DNA from: Setoptus koraiensis
Taxonomy: Eukaryota; Animalia; Arthropoda
Reading direction: 5' to 3'
DNA length: 64,000 nucleotides
Assembly (NCBI GenBank): GCA_048013815.1
Contig: CM106586.1
Location: forward strand, 744,001-808,000
The notes under the pieces were generated by a model that was given only the letters and a program-made list of their open reading frames with translations, searched no databases and was not told where the DNA came from. Numbering within the stretch: the first letter of the stretch is position 1; each line of letters begins with the position of its first letter. A program made the translations under genes and the position numbers. Positions 36,063 through 48,299 of the stretch are shown piece after piece.

Positions 36063-36670
36063 TGTTGGTGTTGGAAATTTTTCTGCAGTCCCTCGGTTGA
36101 TAAAGGGTTATTCCTTGTAGAGATTGAAGTTTCCTGCACCCCTCACCTAAGCCTGCATCATTAATCACTTCGCCTTTGTTGAGTGGTCGTATACAGCTAG
36201 AACTTTTGTTATAAACCACATAATCAGGCCCGGTGTACACCACATCACACATTAAACCCTCTCTAATTTCTCTATAATTGAATGTTTCTGCTCTCATAAT
36301 AATCGCTGAGTTGCTCAAAATGGGCATCATAACTCGTAGGTCGATCTCTTCATCTCTTATCTTTACAGCGATCAGATTCGTATGTTTGAGCATGTTAGGA
36401 CTAACTATCTGCGACATATTAAAGAGCTCCAAGAGTTCTAGTGGTATTGGGTTGCCCACTTTCAGGAGGTTGTTCAATACCAGTAGGGATGTTTTGTAAT
36501 CATGCATTTGGATGGCAACTTGTATGAGAGCATCATTGAGTGCTGGCTGATTTGCCAATATATCAGCAAGTAATTGATTATCTCTCTCCAATGCATCGAT
36601 CTTCTTGGACACTTTATCTGCTGATATAATAAATCTTTCTTGGAGAATTGATATTCGTTCTTCCAGTCGT
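36062..36670 (-). pseudogene. Copia env B ectodomain continuation (truncated)
   Basis: RLEERISILQERF..VGNPIPLELLELFN..AETFNY; continues 38435-39016 after HINE removal, with TAA at the junction. Confidence 0.7.
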
Positions 36671-38434
36671 TTTTAGCGCTTAATTTTAATTAAGCTGCTT
36701 TTGGGGTGGTGATTATGACTACGTTTATTCACGTGACTATGTAATCCTATGGAGGTTTGACTTAGTCAAATTTGTGAGAATCCTGCTAGACATTACACAT
36801 GTATTCCGATGTAGATTCGACTTGGTCTATTATCCCTTCACTCGAAAATATTTCGTATGCAATTCTATGGAGATTTGACTAGGTCACATTTGTGCGCAGT
36901 TCGGTGGTGACAAATCGAACTTCAAAATTGAAAATTCGAATTTCTAACTTGTTGTCCCCTCAGTCGATGGACTGAGGCGGGGAGATCGTAGGTCGGGAAG
37001 GTGCTGTTGATTTACCACTCCCCAGTTCTCCCTCAATCTCCCAAATCTTCAGGAAAACTAAAGAAAAAGAAATACTTCAGCTGACGACAAAAAAAGTGTG
37101 ACAAATATTGTGACCGATCTACAGCGTTTAGTGTTGTGACCGATCGATAGTGTGACCGATCTCTAGCCTTCAGTGTTGTGACCGATCGATAGTGTGACCG
37201 ATCGATAGTGTGACATTTCTCCTTAAAAGTTTAAAGATCTACGTTCGTAACCTCCCTACGATCTAATAAGAGTTTTAGCTGCTCGTTCAAAGTTGGTGGT
37301 TGAGTGTTCTTAGTTCTATGGTCAGAGTTCGGTGGTAACATTTCGAACTTCGAAATTCGAAATTGAAAATTCGGATTTCTGATGAGAGTTACAGCTGTTC
37401 GTTCGATGTTCGATGGTCAGTGTTCGGTGGTAACATTTCGAACTTCGAAATTGAAAATTCGAATTTCTGATAAGAGTTACAGCTGTTCGTTCGATGTTCG
37501 ATGGTCAGTGTTCGGTGGTGACAATTCGAACTTCGAAATTGAAAATTCGGATTTCTGATGAGAGTTTCATCTGCTCGGTCGGAGTTCGATGGTCAGTGTT
37601 CGGTGGTCACATTTCGAACTTCGAAATTCGAAGATTGAAAATTCGAATTTCTGATACTAGTTCCAGGTGCTTGTACATAGTTCGATGGTCAGTGTTCGAT
37701 GGTCAGAGTTCCGTGGTCAGAGTTCGATGGTCACAATTCTAACTCCGAAATTCGAAATTCGAAAATTGAAAACTTGAATTCCCAATGATAGTTTCATCTG
37801 CTCGTTCGATGTTCGATGGTCAGAGTTCCGTGGTCAGAGTTCCGTGGTCAGAGTTCGATGGTCACAATTCGAAGTTCGAAGTTCGAAATTCGAAATTGAA
37901 AATTCGAATTTCCGATGACAGTTCCATCTGCTCGTTCGATGTTCGATGGTCACATTTCAAACTTCGGTGGTAACAATTCGAAGTTCGAAGTTCGAAAATT
38001 GAAAATTCGAATTTCTGATGATAGTTTCAGCTGCATTGTCGGAGTTCGATGGTCAGAGTTCCGTGGTCAGAGTTCGATGGTAACAATTCGAAATTCGATG
38101 GTCACATTTCGATCTTCGAAATTCGAAATCGATGCTCTATAACAAAGTATGCGCCATTGACTAATTGGTGTGTCCAACTAACTTACTCATTGTGGCGAAA
38201 CTGACCATTAGAATCTTACTAAATTCCGTACGCAAGCAATCAACATGTTTATCATGCTGCAATAGCAATTTGGAGAACTAGGATGTATTCTGTCATCTTT
38301 CCGGCTACTCTGATCTGACAGGCTTAGATGTGTATCTCCGACATGTTGTCTCATGCTCGCATCCATATTCCAACGATACTCGTCTATCCAAAAAATTAAG
38401 CGCTCGAGATACTGATTGAATCAGTATCACTTGT
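36671..38434 (+). mobile_element. Helentron-like HINE, complete, carrying TCGAA satellite
   Basis: 5' TTTTAGCGCTTAATTTT; 3' AAAATTAAGCGCTCGAGATACTGATTGAATCAGTATCACTTGT. Confidence 0.88.
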
Positions 38435-39016
38435 TACATGTCTACACGTGCATTATTCTCATTGGCTATTTTTTGAGATGTTGAATTCATTGAATACCTG
38501 GCTGCGTATAGTGCCGACATGGCCAAAATAGCAGCAACGCCACCATCTCGAGCAAATCTTGTGCCGCTCGTAGCTAAGGCATGAATTGTCTCAATAATAT
38601 CTCTTTCAAATCTTTTTGAACAAGTGGTCACAAGATTATCATTAACATATGGTATATCTGTAATATTACCAAACAGATATTGGCAGGGATCTAGAAACAC
38701 AAACTTGACATTACGATCTTGTTGGCCATCGATTAGAACAACATCTGTTCTTTTCCATATTATTGGGTCTTCATGATGGAAAATGGCTGCACATAGTTCG
38801 ACAACAAATGCAAATGCGATGAGGACCGAAGCTCTAGTCAAATTCAGTAACTTCATGTTTTGATTGAATTTGGATGGCGGCAGTGCTTTTGTGAGCAGGT
38901 CAGCTTTTTGAAGCTGTGTAGGAATATATTCGAGTTCGAATAAATTGTTCTTATAATGTTGTAGAATTATTTTATATTTTAGATCAATATGTTTGGTGCG
39001 TTGGTCGAATTGATCG
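38435..39016 (-). CDS. Copia RNase H C-terminus fused in frame to env B N-terminus
   Basis: rc frame reads DQRTKHIDLKY..IPTQLQKADLLTKALPPSKFNQNMKLLNLTRASVLIAFAFVVELCAAIFHHEDPIIWKRTD..DPC..CSKRFE..RFAR-DGGVAAILAM with no stop. Confidence 0.85.
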
Positions 39017-39017
39017 T

Positions 39018-39962
39018 TTTTAGCGCTTAATTTTAATTAAGCGCTAATAATGTAGTGATGATGGATCCAAAATGGAGGAGGCAATCCACACACAAGCCTA
39101 CAATTTTAGTCACGCCCCCTCCTTAGCACACAGTAAGCTTCAGCTTGATTGAGACTTAAGTCGCTCCACCTCCTCAGCACACAGTGAGCTTCAGCTTGAT
39201 TGAGACTTAAGTCGCTCCACCTCCTCAGCACACAGTGAGCTTCAGCTTGATTGAGACTTAAGTCGCTCCACCTCCTCAGCACACAGTAAGCTACAGTCTC
39301 TCGATTACTATGTTAAAGTATCTAAACATTACACATGTTAAGTCTATGGAGATTTGAGTCTCTCAATTCCTGTGTTGAAGTATCTAAGCCATTTCCGGGC
39401 ACGAAGGGTAATTGAGTACGTAGCATATTTGAAACTGTTCTCACCAGGATAAATTCTTGAAACTTTCTAGAGACAGCTAGCACTGTCTCACAGAGCACTT
39501 AATTTTAACTAGGTAAATCATGTAAATGTCGTGATATTTGAACATGTTCACACCTATCCGTTTTGATGATACTCTGTGTGTGTGTTGTGCATGATGCTCG
39601 CAACATTCTATGCTAGCATGATCAGCCATCAATAGGTCGTTTTCGAGACTGAAAGAAATTTCGGATGACGGATGTCATGTGAATATCGTGATATCTGAAC
39701 ATGTTCCCACCTATCCGTTTTGATGATACTCAGTCAACTCATAATCAATTTTCTGTTTCTAGTATTGGCGCTATAGGCCATTATTGAGAACATGTGCCTA
39801 TACAGTATGAGTGATTTTCGATACTATTCTCACCAGGATAAATTCTTGGAACTTTTTAGACACAGCTAGCACTTATCACTACTTAATAAACTGTCCAAAC
39901 CTCTAAGATCGTTCACTGAAAAAATTAAGCGCTCTTATACTGGTGTAATCAGTATAACTTGT
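39018..39962 (+). mobile_element. HINE (second subfamily, palindromic 5' end, 51-bp tandem repeats)
   Basis: TTAGCGCTTAATTTTAATTAAGCGCTAA start; 3' subTIR + TTATACTG..CAGTATAA hairpin + CTTGT. Confidence 0.8.
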
Positions 39963-40060
39963 TTCAAGTTGAAAAAAGCACTGATTTGTTCTACCCACGT
40001 GAATAAACGTATCTGCCAGAACCATCCCAATAGCTGCTTGATTAAAATTAAGCGCTAAAA

Positions 40061-40178
40061 ACAGTCTAATGGTCTCGTGACGTTCAACACTCGCACAAGT
40101 CTCGAAGTAATCAACACCAAAGCGCTGGCTAAAACCCCTAGCCACTGAGCGCGCTTTGTCTCTGTCTAATTCCCCCAC
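40061..40178 (-). pseudogene. Copia RT fragment
   Basis: LDRDKARSVARGFSQRFGVDYFET..RHETIRLF. Confidence 0.75.
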
Positions 40179-40189
40179 GCTGTGTTAAT

Positions 40190-40470
40190 TTTTGCGTGCC
40201 TTTGACTGTGCTTATTGTGTGCGTCATAGCTGAGAACTGTTCAGATCTCAGCTATGACGCTGTTCAGTCAAGTTATGTGCCTTTGACTGTACTAATTGTG
40301 TGCGTCATAGCTGAGAACTGTGCATCCTCAGCTATGACGCTGTGTAAATTTTTGCGTGCCTTTGACTGTGCTAATTGTGCGCGTCATAGCTGAGAAATTG
40401 TGCATCCTCAGCTATGACGCTGTTCAGTCAAGTTATGTGCCTTTGACTGTGCTAATTGTGCATGTCATAG
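40190..40470. repeat. Tandem array of hairpin units GTCATAGCTGAG-loop-CTCAGCTATGAC (related arrays at 9270-9400, 53330-53890, 54369-54670)
   Basis: 12-14-bp perfect stems repeated with conserved linkers. Confidence 0.85.
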
Positions 40471-40800
40471 CATTGTATACCTGATTTTTCAAGTAACCCC
40501 ACCAAAAGAAATCACAAGGACTGAGATCCGGTGAATAAGGGGGCCATTGCATCAATGGCCAAAAACTCTCCAATCCATCTGATCCTATTCGTGTTCAACC
40601 ATTGTCTCGTCATAATGGCCCTATGTGGGCCAGCACAATCTTGCTGGAAAATTAAGTCTCCGTTTCTTAGTCGTTCTCTTGTGACGCCGCCGTCAGAATC
40701 CAAGAGCACTTCTTCTAACATTTTGACATATGCGAGTGCATTAACGGTACCATCGAAGAATTACGGGCCCCACTTTTCATCATAACTACGCCACGTAGCG
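40470..40800 (-). pseudogene. Tc1/mariner-superfamily (maT/rosa-like) transposase fragment
   Basis: FFDGTVN..Y..ML, IFQQDCAGPH, RWIG, (shift) WPPYSPDLSPCDFFWWGYLK. Confidence 0.8.
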
Positions 40801-41117
40801 GATCCATTTTAATTTTTAGCGCCTGATTTTGATTAAGTAGCTTCTGGGGTAGTGATGATGGATACGTTTATTCACGTGACTATGTTATCCAATCGGTCGC
40901 AATAGCATGATATCTTCACATACAACATCAAACAAATATAATTATATTTATTTGATTATTAAAATCATTTTTGCAATACAATTCTTATTAAATTGATTAA
41001 ACTCCGGCTTAATTAGCACGAGCCCATTTCATTTGGATTATTTAATTTTTGCCTCGTTATTAAAATTATTTATCAATTGGACCGTTCGGCCCTAATATTA
41101 TTTCTACCTTCAGGAAG

Positions 41118-43079
41118 ATGAATCAGAACATCCTGACTCTTTATTTTCTCTTGGTACTTGCTGGTTTTGTTCTTGCTGGTCCACTAACTCGGAGGCAAGA
41201 CACCCCTCATCCAAATGAAAAGCCTGATGATAGTGAGACCGAGATTGAAGTGGACGTTGAGGCCGAGGAGCTTAAACAGCAAATTGAATTAGCCGAGGAG
41301 GTGACTGCTGAGGAGCTGTTTGGGGGCGCCTCTCTCTTCATGAGACTGAAATGGCTCTGCAAAGAGCATTGGACCTTTGCGAGAAGAAGAGACATCAGAA
41401 GATGCACGGTAGAACCGCAACAAATTATAACCAGATCGCTAAAAATCTCTTGAGGTTCATGACGGGCAACCCAGACCTTGGCAGCGAGTCAGAAAACACA
41501 GCAGATGTGGTCTCACCAAAAAAGAAACTACCTGACCCTGACTATTGCCAAGATGTAGTTATCGGTGGCCAGTCTTGGAAGTATCGCACGATGGAGATAA
41601 TTGTCGACCTCCACAACAAGGGCAGAACCGAAAGTTACTTACAGAGGCAGTACCCTCGCTACCGTCGACAGTATCTGTCTCACTTCAAGAAATGTGTTGA
41701 AGCAGGGAGCAACCTGCAATCGCATTCGAAATACATAAGTGACTATGTCATGCAACAGGCAGCTGATGCCATGGCGAAGAAGCTGTCTAATCATGAATAT
41801 AATATCAGGAGTTGGGGCGAAAGACGTGCCAGTCAATTTGGTGCTACTAATTTCAAGGCAAGCAATCATTGGTTAGCTGACATGAAAAATCGATTGAATG
41901 TGAGATCAAAGAAAGTCACATAATATGTGAGTGAGCCGTCAGCAGCTATGCTTGTTAGGAAAGGTACTGTCGAAGAGAGGATCGATCAATTCAGAAACGA
42001 CCTGGGAGATATCGTTCACTTCTTTCCACGATAACTCATGTGGAACATGGATCAAACAGGCTTTAAATATGAAGTTTCTAATGACCGCACTCTAGGCTTG
42101 CGAGGTGATCGTGACACAGAGCTGATTGTCGGAAGTAAGAATAAGAGGACCCATAGTTACACCTCTCAACCGATGATTTCTCGCGACGGAAAGCTCGTCG
42201 GTAAGCTGCTTCTGTGTCTCCAAGAGCCTGGTGGTGCATTTGGGAATCGCGATGTTGCGCCTAAGGTTCGACAATCAGAAATGGAATACAAAAACATCAA
42301 AGTTATTTGCAGTTCCTCAGGTCTGATGTCAGCAAAATTGATACAAGATTGGGTCGATGAGATACTCTTACTAATGGCGAAAGAGCGTATGCGATCATTC
42401 GATGGCAGTACAGATCTGGAGTCTATCGCATCACTAGGCACTATGTCAATTGATGATGACGATGTGTTTGCAGACTATTGTCCTGCTCTCAATTCAAGCT
42501 CTGCCTCCGAGCCGAGGCCAGGCCCATCTTTGGCTGATGACTTGACCGTTCCGCCAGAACTTGCAGGTCCATCATGGGCATCACACTCAAACCACTCACC
42601 TAAACCGGTCATATTCATCGATGGATCCAGCCAAACAAGTGAAGTTTGCCAATCAAAGCCGAACATTCTGCTCTTCACCGACTCATGGGGAGGTCACTCA
42701 AGTCAGTCACAAATCTCCAAATTGGCCGACCAGCGAGTTAGAGTGTTTCGAATCCCCGAAGGTACAACATCGAAGATTCAACCACTCGATGTGACATTCA
42801 ATCGTCAGTATGATATTTGTAAAGAAAATAACAGAGGCTGCGTTATATCGAGAAATGATACAAAATGTCACAAGTCGCTGGGGCATCATAAATATTCACT
42901 CACTCGTATGGAATCAGTTCAGTTCCCCTCTCTACCATAATATGCTGCGCTATTCTTGGAGGCACACTGATCCGTCATATGAAGATAGTGAACTCGAAGA
43001 AGGGGCTCCACCTCGAATGGTGAATAACATACAATTTGAAGTGTCTGGTGACCAAATGTGTCAGCATGAAAGGTGCTAG
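41118..43079 (+). pseudogene. Signal-peptide pogo transposase copy 2 (frameshifts and stops)
   Basis: MNQNILTLYFLLVLAGFVLA-GP, acidic tract, FKASNHWLADMK, WNMDQTG, FTDSWGGH, QPLDV (DD35D), homologous C-terminal region. Confidence 0.85.
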
Positions 43080-43326
43080 GACTCCCACTAATGAAGGTTC
43101 GTTCGATGTTCTGTGGTCACAATTCCAAGTTCGCTGGTGACAATTCGAAGTTCGATGGTCACATTTCGAACTTCGAAATTGAAAATTCGAATTTCCGATA
43201 CTAGTTTCAGGTGCTTGTACAGAGTTTGATGGTCACAATTCGAAGTTCGCTGGTGACAATTCGAAGTTCGGTGGTGACAATTCGGAGTTCTATGGTCAAT
43301 GTTCGATGGTCACATTTCGATCTGCA

Positions 43327-43490
43327 CTCTACGTCGCAACGTTCGCAACTGTACGAACAAATAACAAAATAGACAGAGAAGCAACAGCATCAGTCGAAAT
43401 GATCAAAACTATTGAAACCAGAATCAACAGTATCCAAGAAAAATTCATCGCATCAAATCAACGAATTCCCGCAGAGATAAACAACTCGAA
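43327..43490 (+). pseudogene. Env fragment C (post-fusion-peptide heptad region)
   Basis: ALYVATF..KIDREATASVEMIKTIETRINSIQEKF aligns with env B ALYAARY..KIANENNARVDM.RLEERISILQERF. Confidence 0.6.
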
Positions 43491-43574
43491 GAAAGATCCA
43501 CGTGTAGTTGCAAATATAGTTATAGTACATCCACAAATAACCGACGCCTCACCAGAGGCCGCTACGAACAAGTG

Positions 43575-44860
43575 ATGCAAATATCACCCAGCGTGAGGTG
43601 CCTGAGGAGTGCGGTGGATGCCCACTGGGTAAAGCAACTAACTCATCCCACCCGACAACAACCAGAGATTCAGCCAAAAGGGTCGGCGACATTGTCCATA
43701 CTGACCTTATTTGACCTATCTCTTGGTATTAACAGATGATGCTAGCAACTTCAGTGCAGTATACCCGATTCCATCAGAAGAAGTTGTGTTCGAAAAACAG
43801 CAAGATTACTGCTTGCAGATTGAGGTTGAGACCGAACAAAAACTTAAATCCTTATGGTCAGACTGTGGCACAGAATACCTGAATGAGAAGGTCAGAGCCG
43901 TGCTGGCCATTGATCACGCCGTTTTGCACACAAGTGCTCCAAGAACGCCTCAACAAAACGGCCGAGCAGAGCGGTCCAATCGGCCAATAATCGAGACTGC
44001 ACGAACTCAGTTAGCATCTAGAAGCCTCCCTGAAAACTTGTGGGCTGAATCTTGCCTGGCTGCGGTTTACGTTCTCAATAGAATCGGGAAAACCAACGAC
44101 GGCACCAGACCGCCTTACGAGGCTTGGTTTGGGCGCAAACCATACATACCCCACATACATCCGTTTGGGACTTGTGTCCATGTACTGGACAAACCCAGAA
44201 CTGGAGGCACATGGGCACCAAAAACCCTTCCAGCTCATCTGGTAGGGTATACGGAACGAATAAACACGTATCGGTGTTATATACCAAGCACCCAATCGGT
44301 TCATATTACCAGCGATGTAATGTTTAGAAGACATCCACACACGTCGCCTCCATATCGGGCAAACGAAAATACCAACACGGATGAGAACTGGAGCCAACTC
44401 GTGTTCAATCCAAGGAAGGAACAAGCAACAAGATGAGACCGTTGAATCAATCAATTCAACGCCAGACAAACATACGAGTGTCGTGTCTGACTATTTTCCA
44501 CAGTTGAATGAACACGATGGTCGGCACTCGGCAGTTAGAGGCCAAACTCCAGATGAAGGAGACATACCGTGTCCAGAGTTTAGTCTAATCTCTGACGCAA
44601 AAGACGAGAACAGTCAGGCTGGGTTGGGTCGTGAATCAAGCGACGGTACGGATACAGACCATAAACAATCCACCAATGATCAGTCGAGCAACAGAAAATT
44701 CTCCATACGCACGATCATGGGGAGTGTAAGAAGACAAGTCTCAAACCTGATCAATTTGCCCAGACGATCAGACAGTTCAAATCTAAATCCTACACAGGAA
44801 GAACCAAACCAAGGTGCGAATGATCCTGCCATTAATAAGGTGACTAGCAGAGCAAACTAG
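43575..44860 (+). pseudogene. Copia integrase fragment and linker
   Basis: CGGCPLGK, VHTDLI, SDCGTEY, QQNGRAERSNR, PYEAWFG, LVGY. Confidence 0.85.
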
Positions 44861-45224
44861 TGTCATCAGAAAATCGAATTTTCAATTTCCAATTTCGAAG
44901 TTCGAATTGTGACCACCGAACTCTGACCATGGAACTAAGAACACTGAACCACTAACTTTGAACGAGCAGCTGAAACTCTTATTAGAAATTCGAATTTTCA
45001 ATTTTGAAGTTTGATTTGTTACCACCGAACCCCTCACAAATTTGACCTAATCAAATCTCCATAGGATTGCATGCGAAATATTTTCGAGTGAAGCGATAAT
45101 AGACCAAGTCGAATCTATATAGGAATACATGTGTTGTGTCTAGCAGGATTCTCACAGATGGTCACGTGAATAAACGCATCCATTCGACCCACATCAACAG
45201 CTACTTAATTAAAATTGAGCGCTA

Positions 45225-47631
45225 ACAAGTAATACTGATCAAATCAGTATTTCGAGCGCTTAATTTTTTGTGTGGACAAGTATTGTTGAAGGATTCAAAG
45301 GAGTTTATGACAACCTGTTAACCACCGAACTTCAAAATGTGACCATCGAACATTGACCATCGAACATCGAACGAGCAGATGGAAATTTCATCAGAAATTC
45401 GAATTTTCAATTTCGAATTTCTAAGTTCGAAATGTGACCATCGAAGTTCGAATTATCACCAGCGAACTTCAAATTGTGACCATTGAACTATGTACAAGCA
45501 CCTGGAACTCGTATCGGAAATTCGAATTTTCAATTTCGAAGTTCGAAATGTGACCATCGAACATTGACCACCGAACTCTGACCACCGAACTTCGACAGAG
45601 CCGATGAAACTGTCATCAGAAATTCGAATTTTTCAATTTCGAATTTCGAAATGTGACCATCGGACATTGACCATCGAACTTTGACCATCGAACATCGAAC
45701 GAGCAGCTGAAACTATCATCAGAAATTCGAATTTTCAATTTCGAATTTCGAAGTTCGAAGTTCGAAATGTGACCATCGAATTGTGACCATCGAACTTCGA
45801 ACTTTGACCATCGAACATCGAACGAGCAGCTGAAACTATCATCAGAAATTCGAATTTTCAATTTTCGAATTTCGAATTGTGACCATCGAACACTGACCAT
45901 CGAACAATGATCATCGAGCACCAACCATCGAACGAGCAGATGGAAATGTCATCAGAAATTCGAATTTTCAATTTCGAATTTCGAAGTTCGAATTGTGACC
46001 ATCGAATTGTGACTATCGAACATCAAACTCTGACCATCGAACATCGAACGAGCAGCTGTAACTCTTATCAGAAATCCGAATTTTCAATTTCGAATTTCGA
46101 AGTTCGAATTGTGACCATCGAATTGTGACTATCGAACATCAAACTCTGACCATCGAACATCGAACGAGCAGCTGTAACTCTTATCAGAAATCCGAATTTT
46201 GGGTGTTCTTCGGAACACGTACCAAGCCCGATTTCCTTCAAACTCCACAAAGGGGCCCCGAAGGGGCCCCAAAGAACGTTATTGATGGTCCGGAAGTGCG
46301 GAAATTCCTACTTCCGGAAATATAGAAAAATGCATTTTTCGGGCCTCAGAGGTGTCTCAGACCTGAAATTTTTGCATGTCTGTATAGATCTCGATAGGAG
46401 CATTGTGATTGCTGTCAATATCAAGATGAGTGACAGCCGGTTCGCTGGATATTCATTAAATACCTCATCAGTCACTTCCGGTTTGAGATATATCGCATTT
46501 AGTCTGGTTTGGTCGGCTCTTTTGCTAGATAAGGATTGCAACTCATACACAAGAATGAACGAAACCCGGTCCGATCGCGGGCCCCGCCCACTCGACTCCC
46601 AGTCCTCGGTAAGAATCTTTTTTGGTTTGGTGGCCGTCAGTCGTCCCGCCGGAGGCCGCAGGCCGTAGGCGTGGACGACTGGAGGCCGAACCCCTCCTCC
46701 GGCCTGGAATGAACGCATGAATAAAGCACGCGCAACTTGTAGCAAAAAGTAATTATGCACGCGCAAGGACTCGGTGTGTGGTCGCGCTATCTGCGGGCGC
46801 AGTTTCGCTCCGCGCCGCGTCCATTGGTCACGCCTCTTATGTTAAACTGATTTCATTCTGCTTCTGGGGCCTCTAGGTGCAATCTACCCTCGGTATGAAG
46901 ACGTTGGTACCCTACCCGATGTCCGTGCGGGTGGGTACGGCCGATTATACCGTCAATATGCCCTCAAATACCCTCGAATACCCAGAATGCGGTACCTCGG
47001 GTATCTCGATAACGAAGAATTTCCGCACTTCCGGAATACCTTTTCCGGTCTCAGGGCATCATACCCTACCCAAAAATACCCAAAATACCCAAATTGGGCG
47101 TGGTACGTGTTCCGAAGAACAACCCGAATTTTCAATTTCGAATTTCGAAGTTCGAAGTTCGAATTGTGACCATCGAATTGTGACCATCGAACTTCGAACT
47201 TTGACCATCGAACATCGAACGAGCAGCTGAAACTCTTATCAGAAATCCGAATTTTCAATTTCGAATTTCGAAGTTCGAAATGTCACCACCGAACTCCTAC
47301 CATGGAACTAAGAAAACTGAACCACTAACTTTGGACGATCAGCTAAAACTCTTATTAGAAATTCGAATTTTCAATTTTGAAGTTCGATTTGTCACCACCG
47401 AACTGCCCACAAATGTGACCTAGTCAAATCTCCATAGAATTGCATACGAAATATTTTCGAGTGAAGGGATAATAGACCAAGTCGAATCTACATCGGAATA
47501 CATGTGTAATGTCAAGCAGGATTCTCACAAATTTGACTAAGTCAAACCTCCATAGGATTACATAGTCACGTGAATAAACGTAGTCATAATCACCACCCCA
47601 ATAGCAGCTTAATTAAAATTAAGCGCTAAAA
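45225..47631 (-). mobile_element. HINE, complete, with TCGAA satellite and nested MITE; joined head-to-tail to another HINE 5' end at 45224
   Basis: rc 3' end at 45225; rc 5' end at 47616-47631. Confidence 0.8.
46201..47124. mobile_element. GG-ended MITE, complete
   Basis: TIR TTCTTCGGAACACGTACCA; perfect TSD CGAATTTT. Confidence 0.9.
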
Positions 47632-48299
47632 AGATTCTTCCCGAGGACTGGGGGTCGAGTGGGCGGGGCCCGTGATCGGGCCGGGTTTCGACCAATTATG
47701 TGCTCAATTAACCTTGCTCTGGCCAGCTAGGCTTAGGGTTCGCGCAAGCACCGTCTGGATACGTTAATCTGCATGAAATTCCTAAATATCTCTGCAACCG
47801 GAAGTTATAGAAATTCGAAATCTATCTCATTGGACTAGGTGTGGTCGAATATACCGATATACCAAGTTTCAAGTTTCTAGCTTGAAGCCGAGGCTAAAAC
47901 CGGAAGCAGTGGTTTCTACACTTCCGGTCTAAAAAAACTTTTCATCAGGGACCTCCAAAGTACTCACACTGTGAGTTTCGTCGCGATCTGAACTACGCCC
48001 GGTTCGCTACAACACCCACATATTGTGTGTATGTATGCTATTAGATGATCAATTTTTGTCATATATAAATTGAGACCAAATATACATATATTTGGTCATA
48101 TATATATGTATGGTCATATATATCATATATATATCAATTTTGACATGTATATGGGATGGTGATGTGATGAAAAAGTGAACATAATGGTTCTCAGCGAATG
48201 AATAAGTAAAGATGGTATGACTGTTTATTTGTAATTCATTGTAGTCTTGTTGATAGACTTCGATTTGGCAAGTCGGTATCTTGGTTATGGTAGTCTGGT

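Noticed and set aside
41118-41300. RXLR-dEER effector motif in the transposase leaders
   Set aside because: Acidic tracts are present but no RXLR consensus
34604-47400. Heat-shock element arrays in the satellite
   Set aside because: Mostly TTCGAA without nGAAn 5-bp phasing; only two-unit GAAnnTTC matches
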